Source of the DNA: Vulcanimicrobiota bacterium
GTDB lineage: Bacteria > Vulcanimicrobiota > Xenobia > Xenobiales > JADMJV01
Length of the DNA: 64,000 bases
Direction of reading: 5' to 3'
Assembly: GCA_050250895.1 (NCBI GenBank)
Contig: JBFWNU010000008.1
Location: 192,001 to 256,000 of the forward strand
Notes under the pieces: generated by a model
Told to the model about the DNA's origin: nothing
Seen by the model: only the letters and a program-made list of their open reading frames with translations
Databases searched by the model: none
In this document: positions 32,172-41,784 of the stretch, in pieces
Position numbering within the stretch: the stretch's first letter is position 1
Layout: every line of letters begins with the position of its first letter
Program-made: the position numbers and the translations under genes

Positions 32172-32724
32172 GGCCTTCAGCCTGGCTGAAGTGCTGGTTG
32201 TGGCCGGGCTGGCGGTCTTGCTGTTGGCTCTGGTGGTGGGGGTGTTGCTGCCCTCGCTGGGGGCATTCCAACGGACCTCGAGCCGGGTGGACATGCAGCA
32301 GACCGCGCTCGTGAGTATGCGTCGAATCCGCCACGATCTCGAGCGCTCCACCCCGGCGTCCATCCAGACCTATAGCCAGGCCGGCGTTTGCGCGCTATTG
32401 ATTCATCGCTTGCAAGGGCTCGACGCCACCGGCGCCCGCCAGTGGGAAGAGAAGGTCGTCATCTATCACTTTCACCCCGCCACCGGCAAACTGGTGCGCG
32501 AGTTGTGGCCCAACGCGGGCACAGCGACCACCAGCGGGCCTCAGCGCTTGGAAGAGGCGACCCTGGCCGCCATCGCAGCCAGCCAGACACCCAACCAGAG
32601 GGTGGTGGCCCGCCAGGTCGGCGCCTTTGAGGTCGAGGCCACCAATCCCGTCACACTGCATCTCGAGATGAGCCGGGGCGAACATCGTCTGGTCTCGGAC
32701 GAGACCGTCTATTTACGCAATTGA
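32158..32724 (+). CDS. Prepilin-type protein (PilW/GspJ-like)
   Basis: MSPRKA|FSLAEVLVVAGL class III signal. Confidence 0.8.
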   Translation: MSPRKAFSLAEVLVVAGLAVLLLALVVGVLLPSLGAFQRTSSRVDMQQTALVSMRRIRHDLERSTPASIQTYSQAGVCALLIHRLQGLDATGARQWEEKVVIYHFHPATGKLVRELWPNAGTATTSGPQRLEEATLAAIAASQTPNQRVVARQVGAFEVEATNPVTLHLEMSRGEHRLVSDETVYLRN

Positions 32725-33893
32725 GCCAGCGCTTCGAGGGCTTCGCCCAGGTCGGTGAAGCGCTTGCGAGGGGTCTTGGCCAGCATGCGCAAGAGGATCG
32801 CTTCTAACTGCTCGGGCACCTCGGGACGCTGGTCCCGCAACGGGGGCGGTGAGGCCAGGCAGTGCTTTTGGAGCACCTCGGTGGGGTCCTCGCCGGTAAA
32901 GGGGGGGCTGCCGGCCACCATTTCGTAGGCGAGTATCCCAAGCGAATACTGGTCACTGGCCGGTCCGCGCTGGGTCTCGGGCGGCATGTAGAGAGGCGTT
33001 CCCAGGGTGGTGCCCAGAGCGGTCAGGGTCGAGTGCTCACCCCCCCGGGCCAATCCAAAGTCGAGGATCTTGATCAGCCCCGAGTCGGTCAAGACCAGAT
33101 TGTCGGGCTTGAGATCGCGGTGAATGATGTTACAGCGGTGCCCGTGCCAGACCCCTTCGAGAATCTGGCCAAACAGCTCGACGACCTTTTCTATTGGTAT
33201 TCTTTCGCCGGCCATCAGCGCCCTCAGGCTGGTTCCCTCCACCCGCTCCATGACCAGATAGGGAACCCCCTCGTGCTCGCCCCAATCTTCGAGCCGCACG
33301 ATGTTGCGATGGTCGAGCTGGCGCAGGGCGTCGACCTCGCGTTTAAAGCGGGCCAGAAACTGGGGCTCGTCGGCCAAGTGCGGATGCAGCAGCTTGACCA
33401 CCCGAGCGGGGTCGTTGGCCACGGCGAAAACCGTGCCCATGGCGCCGCGTCCCAGGGTAGGACCGAGTTCATACGGCCCCGCTCTTGGGGCCGAGCTGAC
33501 CTGAGCCGGGGTGGCTGCTACTCGCCGCCGGCCGACGGCTGCAGCCACCATCAGCACCAGCCCCAGGCCGGCCGGGGCCAGCCACCAGGCCGGTCGCTGA
33601 GGGTGCAGGGGGTCGAGTTGGATGACTCCAGCGGGCGGGTAGCGGTCGCCGTTGTGCAAGCCGTGGCGCGGGATCCGTTCGGTCTTGGGCCGGTAGCCCT
33701 CGGCTTCCAGCCGGATCACGATGTCTCCCCGGCTGGGCACCCGCACCACCACCGGTTGGCCGGCTTTGCCCAGCCAATCGGCTTCGGTGCCCGAGGCATG
33801 GGCCTGCAGCACCGTGGCCCCGGCCGGGTTGGTGTGAAAGGTCACCGTGAGGCTGTCCTGGGCCAACCCCGGCAGGCTCAAGAGCATGACCAT
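32709..33893 (-). CDS. Membrane Hanks-type Ser/Thr kinase with extracellular PEGA-like domain
   Basis: Signal peptide, TNPAGATV; TM; LGRGAMGTV, HRDLKPDN, DFGLA, GTPLYMPPE. Confidence 0.9.
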   Translation of the reverse strand: MVMLLSLPGLAQDSLTVTFHTNPAGATVLQAHASGTEADWLGKAGQPVVVRVPSRGDIVIRLEAEGYRPKTERIPRHGLHNGDRYPPAGVIQLDPLHPQRPAWWLAPAGLGLVLMVAAAVGRRRVAATPAQVSSAPRAGPYELGPTLGRGAMGTVFAVANDPARVVKLLHPHLADEPQFLARFKREVDALRQLDHRNIVRLEDWGEHEGVPYLVMERVEGTSLRALMAGERIPIEKVVELFGQILEGVWHGHRCNIIHRDLKPDNLVLTDSGLIKILDFGLARGGEHSTLTALGTTLGTPLYMPPETQRGPASDQYSLGILAYEMVAGSPPFTGEDPTEVLQKHCLASPPPLRDQRPEVPEQLEAILLRMLAKTPRKRFTDLGEALEALAQLRK

Positions 33894-33895
33894 GA

Positions 33896-34402
33896 CTAGC
33901 GCGCGAAGGGCCACAGGCCTCGCCTTCCGCCGAGCGACTTGCCACAGCTGGAGCAATAGCGCGCCCCCTCGGGCCCGGCCGTCCCGCACGAAGAGCAGAG
34001 CGTGCCTCCGGCGTCGGCCAGGTGGATCAGCAGGCTCTGTTCATCCTCGGACAAGCGCCGGCTCAGACGAGTGGTTCCGACGGTGAGTTCGACCGAAGAC
34101 TGCGAGGTGAGCCATCCCGGCGTGCTCACCAACTCGCTGATCGGGGTGCTGTCTGGCGAGAGACTGGCGGCCCAGGCGGCCACGAACCGGGTCAATTCGG
34201 GCTGCAGCACAGGAGCTTTCAGCCAGGCGCGGGCCAGGGCCAGGTGGATCTCGACCACGCGGTCCTCGACCACCATGAGCTGCAGGCTAAGCAATCCGCG
34301 CAGCCGGTGCCCGGCCGGTCGATACCGCCCCTCGTCGGCCACCAGGTGAAAGATCGCGAAGAAGTCGCCGCTGGTAGCCTCGGCCAGGCTAAGCCCGAGC
34401 AT
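33896..34402 (-). CDS. Hypothetical protein with C-terminal zinc ribbon
   Basis: CSSCG...ARYCSSCG; coupled to the flanking genes. Confidence 0.6.
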   Translation of the reverse strand: MLGLSLAEATSGDFFAIFHLVADEGRYRPAGHRLRGLLSLQLMVVEDRVVEIHLALARAWLKAPVLQPELTRFVAAWAASLSPDSTPISELVSTPGWLTSQSSVELTVGTTRLSRRLSEDEQSLLIHLADAGGTLCSSCGTAGPEGARYCSSCGKSLGGRRGLWPFAR

Positions 34403-36062
34403 TGGCACCGCCTGAAACTTCGAGCACCGTGCTCGGACTGACCTGGATGCGATCGCCCGAGCGGATGCGTTGCTCGGCTTCGACGGGCACACCGTTGACC
34501 ACGCACATCCCACCGGCTACCCGACTGAGATAGAGCCCGCTGTCGCGCCGAACCAGGGCAAAATGCTGGCGGGATACGGCCGGGTCAGACAGTTGCAGGT
34601 CGCAGTCCTGGTGACGGCCGACGACCACCACCGCTTCAGAAACTTCACAGCGTCGGCCGCGATCGCTACCCTCGACCACCTCGACCTGATAGGTGCGACG
34701 GCCGGAACGACGCGCCGACGGCGGGGCGGGCGCCCCCGCGCGGACCTGGATGCAGGTCTGACCCAGCCGGATTTCGGCCTGATGTTCTAACTCGACGGGG
34801 CCAAAGACGGGCAAGCCGTTGACCCGGACGTCGTCCTGACCGGTCAGGCAATGCAAGCGCAGACGTCCGTCGTCGACTTCGAGAGCGGCCACCCGGTTCT
34901 TGACTGAGGGGTCGTCGAGTTCAAGATCGCAAGCCAGGGCGCCGGGGCCCCCCAGGGTCAATTGCCGACCCTCGAGAGCGCGCGCGAAAATCTGGATCTC
35001 GCGATCGATCTCGGGCCCTTCGGTTACCAGCAAAAGATAATCGGCGCCCACCACCACCGGCAAGGTGGCCGCCGACGACGAGCCGCAGGTCAGAGGCTGC
35101 AGCTGCTCGGCCACGGCCTGGCCGCAGCCGGCCATTCGCGCCGCCAGAGCGGTCAGGCTGGGCTCATTCTGGGGCAGCTGCTGGCGGGCGGTGCGCCAGG
35201 CGCGCCCGAGGCTGTGGCCCAGGCAAAGCTCGCGGCCAAACTGTCTGAGCAAGGTGGCCACCACCGTCGGCTCGACATCCCAGGCAAAGTCGAGCAGGCA
35301 GCGCGTGCCGGCAGCCAGCCACAGGTTGACCAACCGCTCGCGCCCGACGCCGAGCCAGTCCAGGTGCAGGCTGACTAGACTCGAGGCGTCCCTTTGCCAG
35401 CCCACCAGTTCGTCGAAGCCGCAGGCCCGGTCGGCCAGCCACACCCGCTCGGGCTCGGCCACGGTTTGCAGATGAAACCAGCCGTAGTCCCCGCTGGCCA
35501 GGGCCGCCTCCACCGCGTGAGTGCTGGCCTGGGAGCCGGTCAGCCGGTCCACCTCGAAGACCGACGACACGGATTGGACCAGAGCCTGAGCGGCCTGCTG
35601 GGCCTGGTGGGCCAGACCCAGCGGGTCGCTGACCACCAGCAATCTGGGTCGCTCCTGGGCCCGCGCCGGCTGGGCCTGGGTGGTGTGCGCTCGGGTCACC
35701 AGGCAGTGCTGCCCGAGAAAGCCGTTTTCGAGTCGGCACAACTCCCAGTCAAGCCCGGGCGTGTCGGTGTCGAGTTCGAGCCAGGCATCGGCTGGAATCT
35801 TCTCGAGCCAGGCTCGGGCCGGCGCCGGCACCAGCGCCGCCAGGGCCCGGCCGGCTTCCTCGGCCAGAGCCTGATTGGCCCGGGGGGCGGCCCAGGGCGA
35901 GGGACTGAGAGCCTCAGCCAGGCGCGCCCGGGCTTCTTCGAAGCGCTCGAGTTCGAGTCGGCCCAGCAGCTCTTCGACCTGGCACTGGGTGTGCGGACCA
36001 GACAGGGCAAACGCCAGCGCCCGCCCGCCCTCGACAAGTCTAGCTCGCAACGAGAACGTCAT
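34389..36062 (-). CDS. Degenerate CHAT-like domain plus two FHA domains
   Basis: LDWEL...FLG, LLVVSDP (CHAT scaffold); VGRHQDCDLQLSDPAVSRQH (FHA) and a second divergent FHA. Confidence 0.75.
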   Translation of the reverse strand: MTFSLRARLVEGGRALAFALSGPHTQCQVEELLGRLELERFEEARARLAEALSPSPWAAPRANQALAEEAGRALAALVPAPARAWLEKIPADAWLELDTDTPGLDWELCRLENGFLGQHCLVTRAHTTQAQPARAQERPRLLVVSDPLGLAHQAQQAAQALVQSVSSVFEVDRLTGSQASTHAVEAALASGDYGWFHLQTVAEPERVWLADRACGFDELVGWQRDASSLVSLHLDWLGVGRERLVNLWLAAGTRCLLDFAWDVEPTVVATLLRQFGRELCLGHSLGRAWRTARQQLPQNEPSLTALAARMAGCGQAVAEQLQPLTCGSSSAATLPVVVGADYLLLVTEGPEIDREIQIFARALEGRQLTLGGPGALACDLELDDPSVKNRVAALEVDDGRLRLHCLTGQDDVRVNGLPVFGPVELEHQAEIRLGQTCIQVRAGAPAPPSARRSGRRTYQVEVVEGSDRGRRCEVSEAVVVVGRHQDCDLQLSDPAVSRQHFALVRRDSGLYLSRVAGGMCVVNGVPVEAEQRIRSGDRIQVSPSTVLEVSGGANARA

Positions 36063-36126
36063 GGCGGGCTGGTTTCGCGCCGCCCACGGAGCCAGCCTCC
36101 AGGTTTAACATCTCGACACGCAGCCT

Positions 36127-36179
36127 GAAACATGGCGGTAACATTTTCCGCCGTCCTCCCACCCTCGCGATGGTACTCT
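36127..36179 (+). promoter_or_regulatory. Shared direct-repeat promoter box plus -10 element
   Basis: GAAACA-N5-GTAACA-tt-TTCC, then TACTCT 30 bp after the second repeat; extra TTAACA at 36105. Confidence 0.6.
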
Positions 36180-36188
36180 CACCTCAAG

Positions 36189-36581
36189 ATGAAGATGCAA
36201 CGCAACCCCAACCGAGGCTTGACACTGGTCGAGACGATCCTCGCTTCCTTTCTGCTGGGCACGATGATCGTGGCCGTGATGGGCGTCTGGCCAGCCTACT
36301 ATCGGGCTGTAGAAAAGAGCAAGAATCGACGGGTGGCCGTAGCCCTGGCCGAACAGCAGATGGAGATCGCCATGGCCGAGGGCTTTCTCGGGGTGCGGCG
36401 GCGCGAAGAGAGCTTCGAGCTCGAATCCGAGCGTGGTGGCAGCCGCGTAACCACCCGATTTGATTGCCTGGTCCAGGTGACCCAGGACAGTCTCTATCTC
36501 AAGACCGTCACGGTGACGGTGAGTTGGCCCGAGACCCGGAATGTCAAGGAGGTTCGCTATGAATCGAAGATCTCGAGTTAG
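36189..36581 (+). CDS. Prepilin-type protein (PilV/GspI-like)
   Basis: NRG|LTLVETILA class III signal. Confidence 0.8.
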   Translation: MKMQRNPNRGLTLVETILASFLLGTMIVAVMGVWPAYYRAVEKSKNRRVAVALAEQQMEIAMAEGFLGVRRREESFELESERGGSRVTTRFDCLVQVTQDSLYLKTVTVTVSWPETRNVKEVRYESKISS

Positions 36582-37146
36582 AGGAACGACCCTGTTCGAG
36601 ACCATGATCGCCGCCGCTTTGGTGGGACTGATGATGACCTACGGCTACGACATCCTGGTGGCCGGCAGTCGTTACCAGAAGCGAGTCGAGGTCAACGCCG
36701 AACTCGACCAGGCGGCCCTGGCCGGCATGGCCTTGCTGGTGCGCGAACTCAAAGAGTCGACTTCCTCGGCCATCGTCTTCGGCAGCAACGCCGTGGTCTT
36801 CGCCTCGCCCCGCGATCCTCAGGGTGGCTTTCAGTATGACGCCGCCGGACGCATCCTGTGGTGGAAAATCGTGTGCTACTCGGTGGAAGAGGTCAACGGC
36901 GTTTCGTGTCTGGTGCGCCGCGAAGAATCGCTGGGCAGCCTCCCTTCGAGCACCGTTCCCCGGGTGGTTCAAACCCCCATCTACTTTCAGCAGGCCAACC
37001 TGCCTTCGCGGGTCGTGGCCAGCGACGTCACGGCCCTCGACGGCCTGGCCCTGTCTCCGGTCGAGGTTCACCTGACCGCCTCGCGCCCCGTCCTGGGAGC
37101 CCGCTTTTCCGTGACCAGCCACACCCGCCTGGTTTGCCAGAACTAG
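36559..37146 (+). CDS. Prepilin-type protein (PilW/GspJ-like)
   Basis: AGGAGG RBS; VRG|TTLFETMIAAALVG. Confidence 0.8.
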   Translation: MNRRSRVRGTTLFETMIAAALVGLMMTYGYDILVAGSRYQKRVEVNAELDQAALAGMALLVRELKESTSSAIVFGSNAVVFASPRDPQGGFQYDAAGRILWWKIVCYSVEEVNGVSCLVRREESLGSLPSSTVPRVVQTPIYFQQANLPSRVVASDVTALDGLALSPVEVHLTASRPVLGARFSVTSHTRLVCQN

Positions 37147-37203
37147 CGCGAGTTATTTCTCGATAGGCCTTGGAGGGTCGCCGGGGGGCAGAACGAAGCC
37201 CAA

Positions 37204-39450
37204 TTGGTGAACCAAACGGCCCGGATTCTTCTGCTCGAAGACGACCAGGAGTTGCGTCAGACTCTGGTCGACGTGCTCGAACTCGAAGGCTATTTCGTAG
37301 TCGCCGTCGACCGCGGCGAGCAAGCGGTGGCGGCCGCCCACGGCGAGGCCTTCGACCTGATCGTGGCCGACGTTCGTATGGAAGGCATGGATGGCATCGA
37401 CGCCCTGCGTCAGATGCGGGCCGACCTGCCCGACAGCCGGGCGATGGTCATCAGTGGCTACTCCTCCGAGGCAGACTCGATCCGGGCCATTCAGGCCGGA
37501 GTCGAAGACTACCTCAAGAAGCCTTTTTCGGCCAAACAGTTTCTGGACGCCGTGCGCCGGCTGCTGGTGCTTCACAGCCAGGCCAAAGAGCGGCGCCAGG
37601 TAGAGCAGCGCCTGCGCCGCAACCTGCTGTGGGCACTCAAGTCGCTGGCCTTTACTATCGAACGCACCCAGGGTGGCGAGGTCAGCCAGAGCCTGCAGAG
37701 GGCTCAGCGTTTGGCTCTGGCCGGCGGGCTCTCTCCCGAGGCCGCCGAGGGAGTCCAGGTGGCCCTGCTGGTGCACACCATCGGCTCCCACTCGGTCGAG
37801 GGCACCAGCCCCGACCTGCCGCCTGGCATCACCCGCATTCTCGAGCATCTCGAAGAGTGGTGGGATGGTTCGGGCGAGCCCAACGGCCTGGCCGGTAGCG
37901 ACATTCCGCTCGAGGCCCGGGTGGCCGCCCTGGCGCTGGCCGGATCCGACCCCGAAGAGGAATACCCCGGCCGCTTCGACCCTCACTTGCTCGAAGCGCT
38001 TCGGAATCTGGACAAAGCCGACACCGTCCTACCCACGCTCGAGGCCTCGGTCCGGCGCAGCCTGCTGTCGCTGGGACGGACCCTGGCTCAGGCTGGCAAT
38101 ACCGGCAGCGCCCGCGAAGCCTATCATCGACTGCTGCAAGACCCGGCCCCCACCCGCGAGCGGGTTCAAGCGCTGCTGGGGCTGGCCCGTCTCGAGCGCC
38201 TGGATGGACGTCTCGAGACCGCCTCGCAGCTGGCCTGGGAGGCTACCTCTCAGGCTGAACAGGTGGGTCCGGTGGTGGCTGCCACCGTCAGCCTCGAGGG
38301 GGGATTGATGCTGCTCGACAGCGACCGGGCCAGCGACAAGATTCGCCAGGCCGGGCGTCTCTTTCGCCAGATGGGCGACGCTTCGGGCCAAGCCCGGGCC
38401 ACGCTGGCTCTGGCTTCCCGCCAGGTGGCCGTGGCTCCCGAGGCTGTCCAGGAGGCTTTGTCGACCCTGCTGGCGCCGGCCAATTATCCTTTGCTGGTGG
38501 GCTCGGTCGACTGGCTGCTTCCGTTTCTGCTCGAGCATCCTCAGGCTAGCCCAGAGCTTGAGCGGGCCCTGCAAACCCTGGCCCGGGACGCGGGCAACCA
38601 CCTGGTGGCGGTGGTCGCTGCCGGCCAACTCTCGGCCGCCGGCCGGTTGCGAGCGGTCGAGCTGATGGGCGGCCAGCCCGACGCCTCTCCCCAGGCCATC
38701 GGATTGCCCATGTTGCGCATCCTCTCGATGGGGCCGTTCGAAGTCTATCGCGGCGACGACCGCATCGCCGACCGAGCCTGGAAAACCCGCAATGTAAAGT
38801 TCTTGCTGGCGGCGCTGGCCTTTCAGGGTGGCCGCCCGGTGGTCGAGGATCACCTGTTGGACTGGTTCTGGCCGCGCCTGGACGTGCATAAGGCCCGCAA
38901 GAATCTCTACTGGTCTACTTCGGTGCTCAGGCGCACTCTCAAGCCGCCTGACTGGGACGGCGACGAGGACTACATGACCCGTTCCTCGGCCGGTCTGGGG
39001 CTCAACCCGGAGCTTCCCTGGAGCCACGACTATCAAGAACTCGAAGCGCTGGTGGAGGACTCGGCCCGGCCTGACGGCGAGCGATTCCGTCGCCTGAGCG
39101 AACTTTACCGGGGCGTCTATCTCGAGGGTTGCTATATGGATTGGGTCTTACCCCTGCGCGAGAAACTGCAGCGCAGGGTGGCCGATGCCATGGCCGGTTT
39201 CGTCGAGCGCGCCGAAGAGAACAACCAGCCCAAGGAAGTGCTGGAGTATGCCCACCGTCTGGTCGAGATCGATCCCTGTCGCCAGGCCGCCTATCTTTCG
39301 GCCATGCAGGCCAGCCTGGCCCTGGGTCGCCCCGAAGAAGCGGTGCGCCAGTACAAGAGCTGCCAGAAAGCCCTGCGCGAGCAGCTCGACATGGAGCCGG
39401 ATATCGCTCTGGTCGAGGCTCACCAGCGGGCGCTCCTGAGTATCGACTAG
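37204..39450 (+). CDS. Response regulator with degenerate HD-GYP segment, TPRs and SARP/BTAD activator domain
   Basis: ILLLEDD, DVRMEGMDG, DYLKKPF; EWWDGSGEPNGLAGSDIPLEARV; MGPFEV...LLDWFWP...ELYRGVYLEG..MDWV (BTAD). Confidence 0.85.
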   Translation: MVNQTARILLLEDDQELRQTLVDVLELEGYFVVAVDRGEQAVAAAHGEAFDLIVADVRMEGMDGIDALRQMRADLPDSRAMVISGYSSEADSIRAIQAGVEDYLKKPFSAKQFLDAVRRLLVLHSQAKERRQVEQRLRRNLLWALKSLAFTIERTQGGEVSQSLQRAQRLALAGGLSPEAAEGVQVALLVHTIGSHSVEGTSPDLPPGITRILEHLEEWWDGSGEPNGLAGSDIPLEARVAALALAGSDPEEEYPGRFDPHLLEALRNLDKADTVLPTLEASVRRSLLSLGRTLAQAGNTGSAREAYHRLLQDPAPTRERVQALLGLARLERLDGRLETASQLAWEATSQAEQVGPVVAATVSLEGGLMLLDSDRASDKIRQAGRLFRQMGDASGQARATLALASRQVAVAPEAVQEALSTLLAPANYPLLVGSVDWLLPFLLEHPQASPELERALQTLARDAGNHLVAVVAAGQLSAAGRLRAVELMGGQPDASPQAIGLPMLRILSMGPFEVYRGDDRIADRAWKTRNVKFLLAALAFQGGRPVVEDHLLDWFWPRLDVHKARKNLYWSTSVLRRTLKPPDWDGDEDYMTRSSAGLGLNPELPWSHDYQELEALVEDSARPDGERFRRLSELYRGVYLEGCYMDWVLPLREKLQRRVADAMAGFVERAEENNQPKEVLEYAHRLVEIDPCRQAAYLSAMQASLALGRPEEAVRQYKSCQKALREQLDMEPDIALVEAHQRALLSID

Positions 39451-39451
39451 G

Positions 39452-41140
39452 GTGGACGACCAGGCCTTCGTCATGTCTCGCCTGCTGCGTTGCCTTGATG
39501 AGCAAGGCGGCTCTCACGCCCTGTGCTCCCTGGTCGTAGACCTGGCGCGCAATCTGTTTCGGGCCCAGAGCGTGGTCGCGTTTCGGCGCATCCAGGGTCA
39601 TCTCGAGGCGGTGGCCTGGCACACTCCCCACGGTGACCGACTCACCGCCTGGCAGTTGCTCGGTCTGCGAGAACCGTTGCTCGAGGCCGACCGCCTCGCG
39701 ACACGGACCCAGGCCGTCGAGGCCGAGAATGCTCTCTTTCCTGGCGAAGAGGTGGCGGCCGTAGCCCCGATGGGCGACGGTCTGCTCTACCTTAGTCCTG
39801 AGCCGCCCGAGTTGGCCCAATTCGATCTTGTCCTGTTCGAGTGGTTGGCTCTTCAGGCGGGCAAGGCTCTGGGCATGGCCGCGGCCCGCCAGGATCTCGA
39901 ACAGTGCCGCGACGAGCGGGATCAGTTGTTGCTGAGCATGGAAGGCATCACCCGGATACTGGAGGAGTTGCCCCGCCTGACCGCCACTCTCGACGAGAAA
40001 GAATTGGTCGAACAACTGGGCCAACACCTCGAGACGCTCATCCCTCACGATAGCCGGGCCGTCCTGCTGTTGGATCCCGATGGCCGTCTCCGGGTCGAGT
40101 CGGTAGGCTTTGACCCCGCGGGTCTGGCCGAGCCGCACCAGACTCTGGTGGAGGGTCGTCGCCCTCTGCGCATTGACCGTCTGCGCGGCACCCGCTGGGA
40201 GAAGGACCTGGCCGGACACAGTAGCCTCATGGCCGTGCCCATCCCTGGTCGCCATGACCTGTTGGGCACCATCTTTCTGGGGTCGTGCTGCCCCGAGGCC
40301 TTCACCGCCGAGCACGTCCGCCTGCTCTCGATCGTGGCTAACCAGTTCGGGGTGACGGTCACCAACGCCCAGCTTCACAGTGAAGTGCTCGAGGCCTATG
40401 AGCAACTGCGCGACACCCGGGTGCGCCAGCTGGAATCGAGCAAGCTGGCCGCGGTCGGCCAGTTGGCGGCCGGCGTGGCCCACGAACTCAACAATCCCCT
40501 GGGCACGATTTTGCTGGCCACCGAGCTGTTGCCCGACATCATCCACTCTCATCCCGAGAAGGCGGAGCGCTTGCTGAGTAACGCCGGCAAAGCCGCCCTG
40601 CGCTCGAAGTCCATCGTCGAGAAACTGCTGGTTTATTCGCGCGAGCGCGAGGCTTTGCGCCGGGCCGAGTTGTCGCAAGTGGTGGGCGACGCTCTGGACC
40701 TGATGGAGACCCAGCTCCAGATCGAGGGGATTCGACTGCTGCGACGATTCGATTCGCAGCCTCTGGAACTGGTCTGTAACCCGGGCGAATTGCAGCAGGT
40801 GGTGACCAACCTGGTGCTCAACGCGAAAGCGGCCATCCTGGAACATCCCGACGCCCGGCGCGAGATCGAGGTTTGCACCGGCCGCCAGGATCAACTGCTC
40901 TGCTTCTCGGTCCGGGATTGGGGGCCCGGCGTCGCCAGCGAACTCAGCGAGCGCATCTACGAGCCGTTCTTTACCACCCGTCCCGTCGGCAAAGGAACAG
41001 GCCTGGGTCTGTCCATCTGCCAGCGCATCGTAGAGGAACATTGCGGGCGACTCGAGCTTGACTGCCCTGGGGACGGCGGGGCCCGCTTCTGGGTGCGGCT
41101 GGGGTTACAAACTCCTAAACTCTCAGAAACATCCTCGTAA
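39452..41140 (+). CDS. GAF-domain sensor histidine kinase
   Basis: AGVAHELNNPL H-box, QVVTNLVLNA, DWGPG, EPFFTT..GKGTGLGL. Confidence 0.93.
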   Translation: MDDQAFVMSRLLRCLDEQGGSHALCSLVVDLARNLFRAQSVVAFRRIQGHLEAVAWHTPHGDRLTAWQLLGLREPLLEADRLATRTQAVEAENALFPGEEVAAVAPMGDGLLYLSPEPPELAQFDLVLFEWLALQAGKALGMAAARQDLEQCRDERDQLLLSMEGITRILEELPRLTATLDEKELVEQLGQHLETLIPHDSRAVLLLDPDGRLRVESVGFDPAGLAEPHQTLVEGRRPLRIDRLRGTRWEKDLAGHSSLMAVPIPGRHDLLGTIFLGSCCPEAFTAEHVRLLSIVANQFGVTVTNAQLHSEVLEAYEQLRDTRVRQLESSKLAAVGQLAAGVAHELNNPLGTILLATELLPDIIHSHPEKAERLLSNAGKAALRSKSIVEKLLVYSREREALRRAELSQVVGDALDLMETQLQIEGIRLLRRFDSQPLELVCNPGELQQVVTNLVLNAKAAILEHPDARREIEVCTGRQDQLLCFSVRDWGPGVASELSERIYEPFFTTRPVGKGTGLGLSICQRIVEEHCGRLELDCPGDGGARFWVRLGLQTPKLSETSS

Positions 41141-41178
41141 CACTTTCCGGGCTTCTCTCACCTGCCGGGGGCTATCTT
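41104..41178 (+). promoter_or_regulatory. Shared direct-repeat promoter box plus -10 element
   Basis: GTTACA (41104), GAAACA (41126), GTAACA (41137), ct-TTCC, then TATCTT 30 bp after the last repeat. Confidence 0.6.
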
Positions 41179-41231
41179 AAGGGTGGGCGGCGGACCGCCG
41201 ACCCGAAACCAGCCAAAGCGAGGATAAACCA

Positions 41232-41783
41232 TTGAAACTCACTAAACGTCATTTCGTAGCAGCCCTGCTGGTCGGCATCGCCCTCGGCGCCGGTCCCGCT
41301 CACGCCCAGACCCCCGATGCTGCCGGGGCGGCCGTCCGGGCACAGTTGCAGCTGGTCGGAGTGAAAGGCCGCAGTGGCGTCATTTCACCGGCCACGCCGG
41401 TGGCCCTGGAGATCAGCCTGGTCAAGCGGGCAGCTCCGGTAATCGCTGTCCCCGTGTCGCCGGTCCGACCGGCGCCTCCCCCGATCCTGGTGTCACCCAT
41501 CATCCCCCCCGCCCCTGCCGTCCCCGAGCGGCCCACTCCGCCCCCGGTCACCATCGCTCCGGCCCCAGCTCCGGCGCCCGCGCCCGCTCCGGCCCCGGTT
41601 CCCCCTCCGGCGCCACCGATCAGTCGTGACGGCGGCTTCAAGAGCGCGAGTCCAGCCGTTGCCGTTGCTCCGGTGGGACCGGACGCTGCTTTCAACATCA
41701 ACGAGCTGCTCAACCTCCTCATGCAATACAAGAGCGGAGCGATCGGCTTCAGTGGCGCTCGCGTCGGCTTGCTTGGGTTCTAG
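41232..41783 (+). CDS. Secreted Pro/Ala-rich hypothetical protein
   Basis: GAGG RBS, TTG start, signal peptide ending AHA|Q, (PA)n tract. Confidence 0.65.
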   Translation: MKLTKRHFVAALLVGIALGAGPAHAQTPDAAGAAVRAQLQLVGVKGRSGVISPATPVALEISLVKRAAPVIAVPVSPVRPAPPPILVSPIIPPAPAVPERPTPPPVTIAPAPAPAPAPAPAPVPPPAPPISRDGGFKSASPAVAVAPVGPDAAFNINELLNLLMQYKSGAIGFSGARVGLLGF

Positions 41784-41784
41784 T

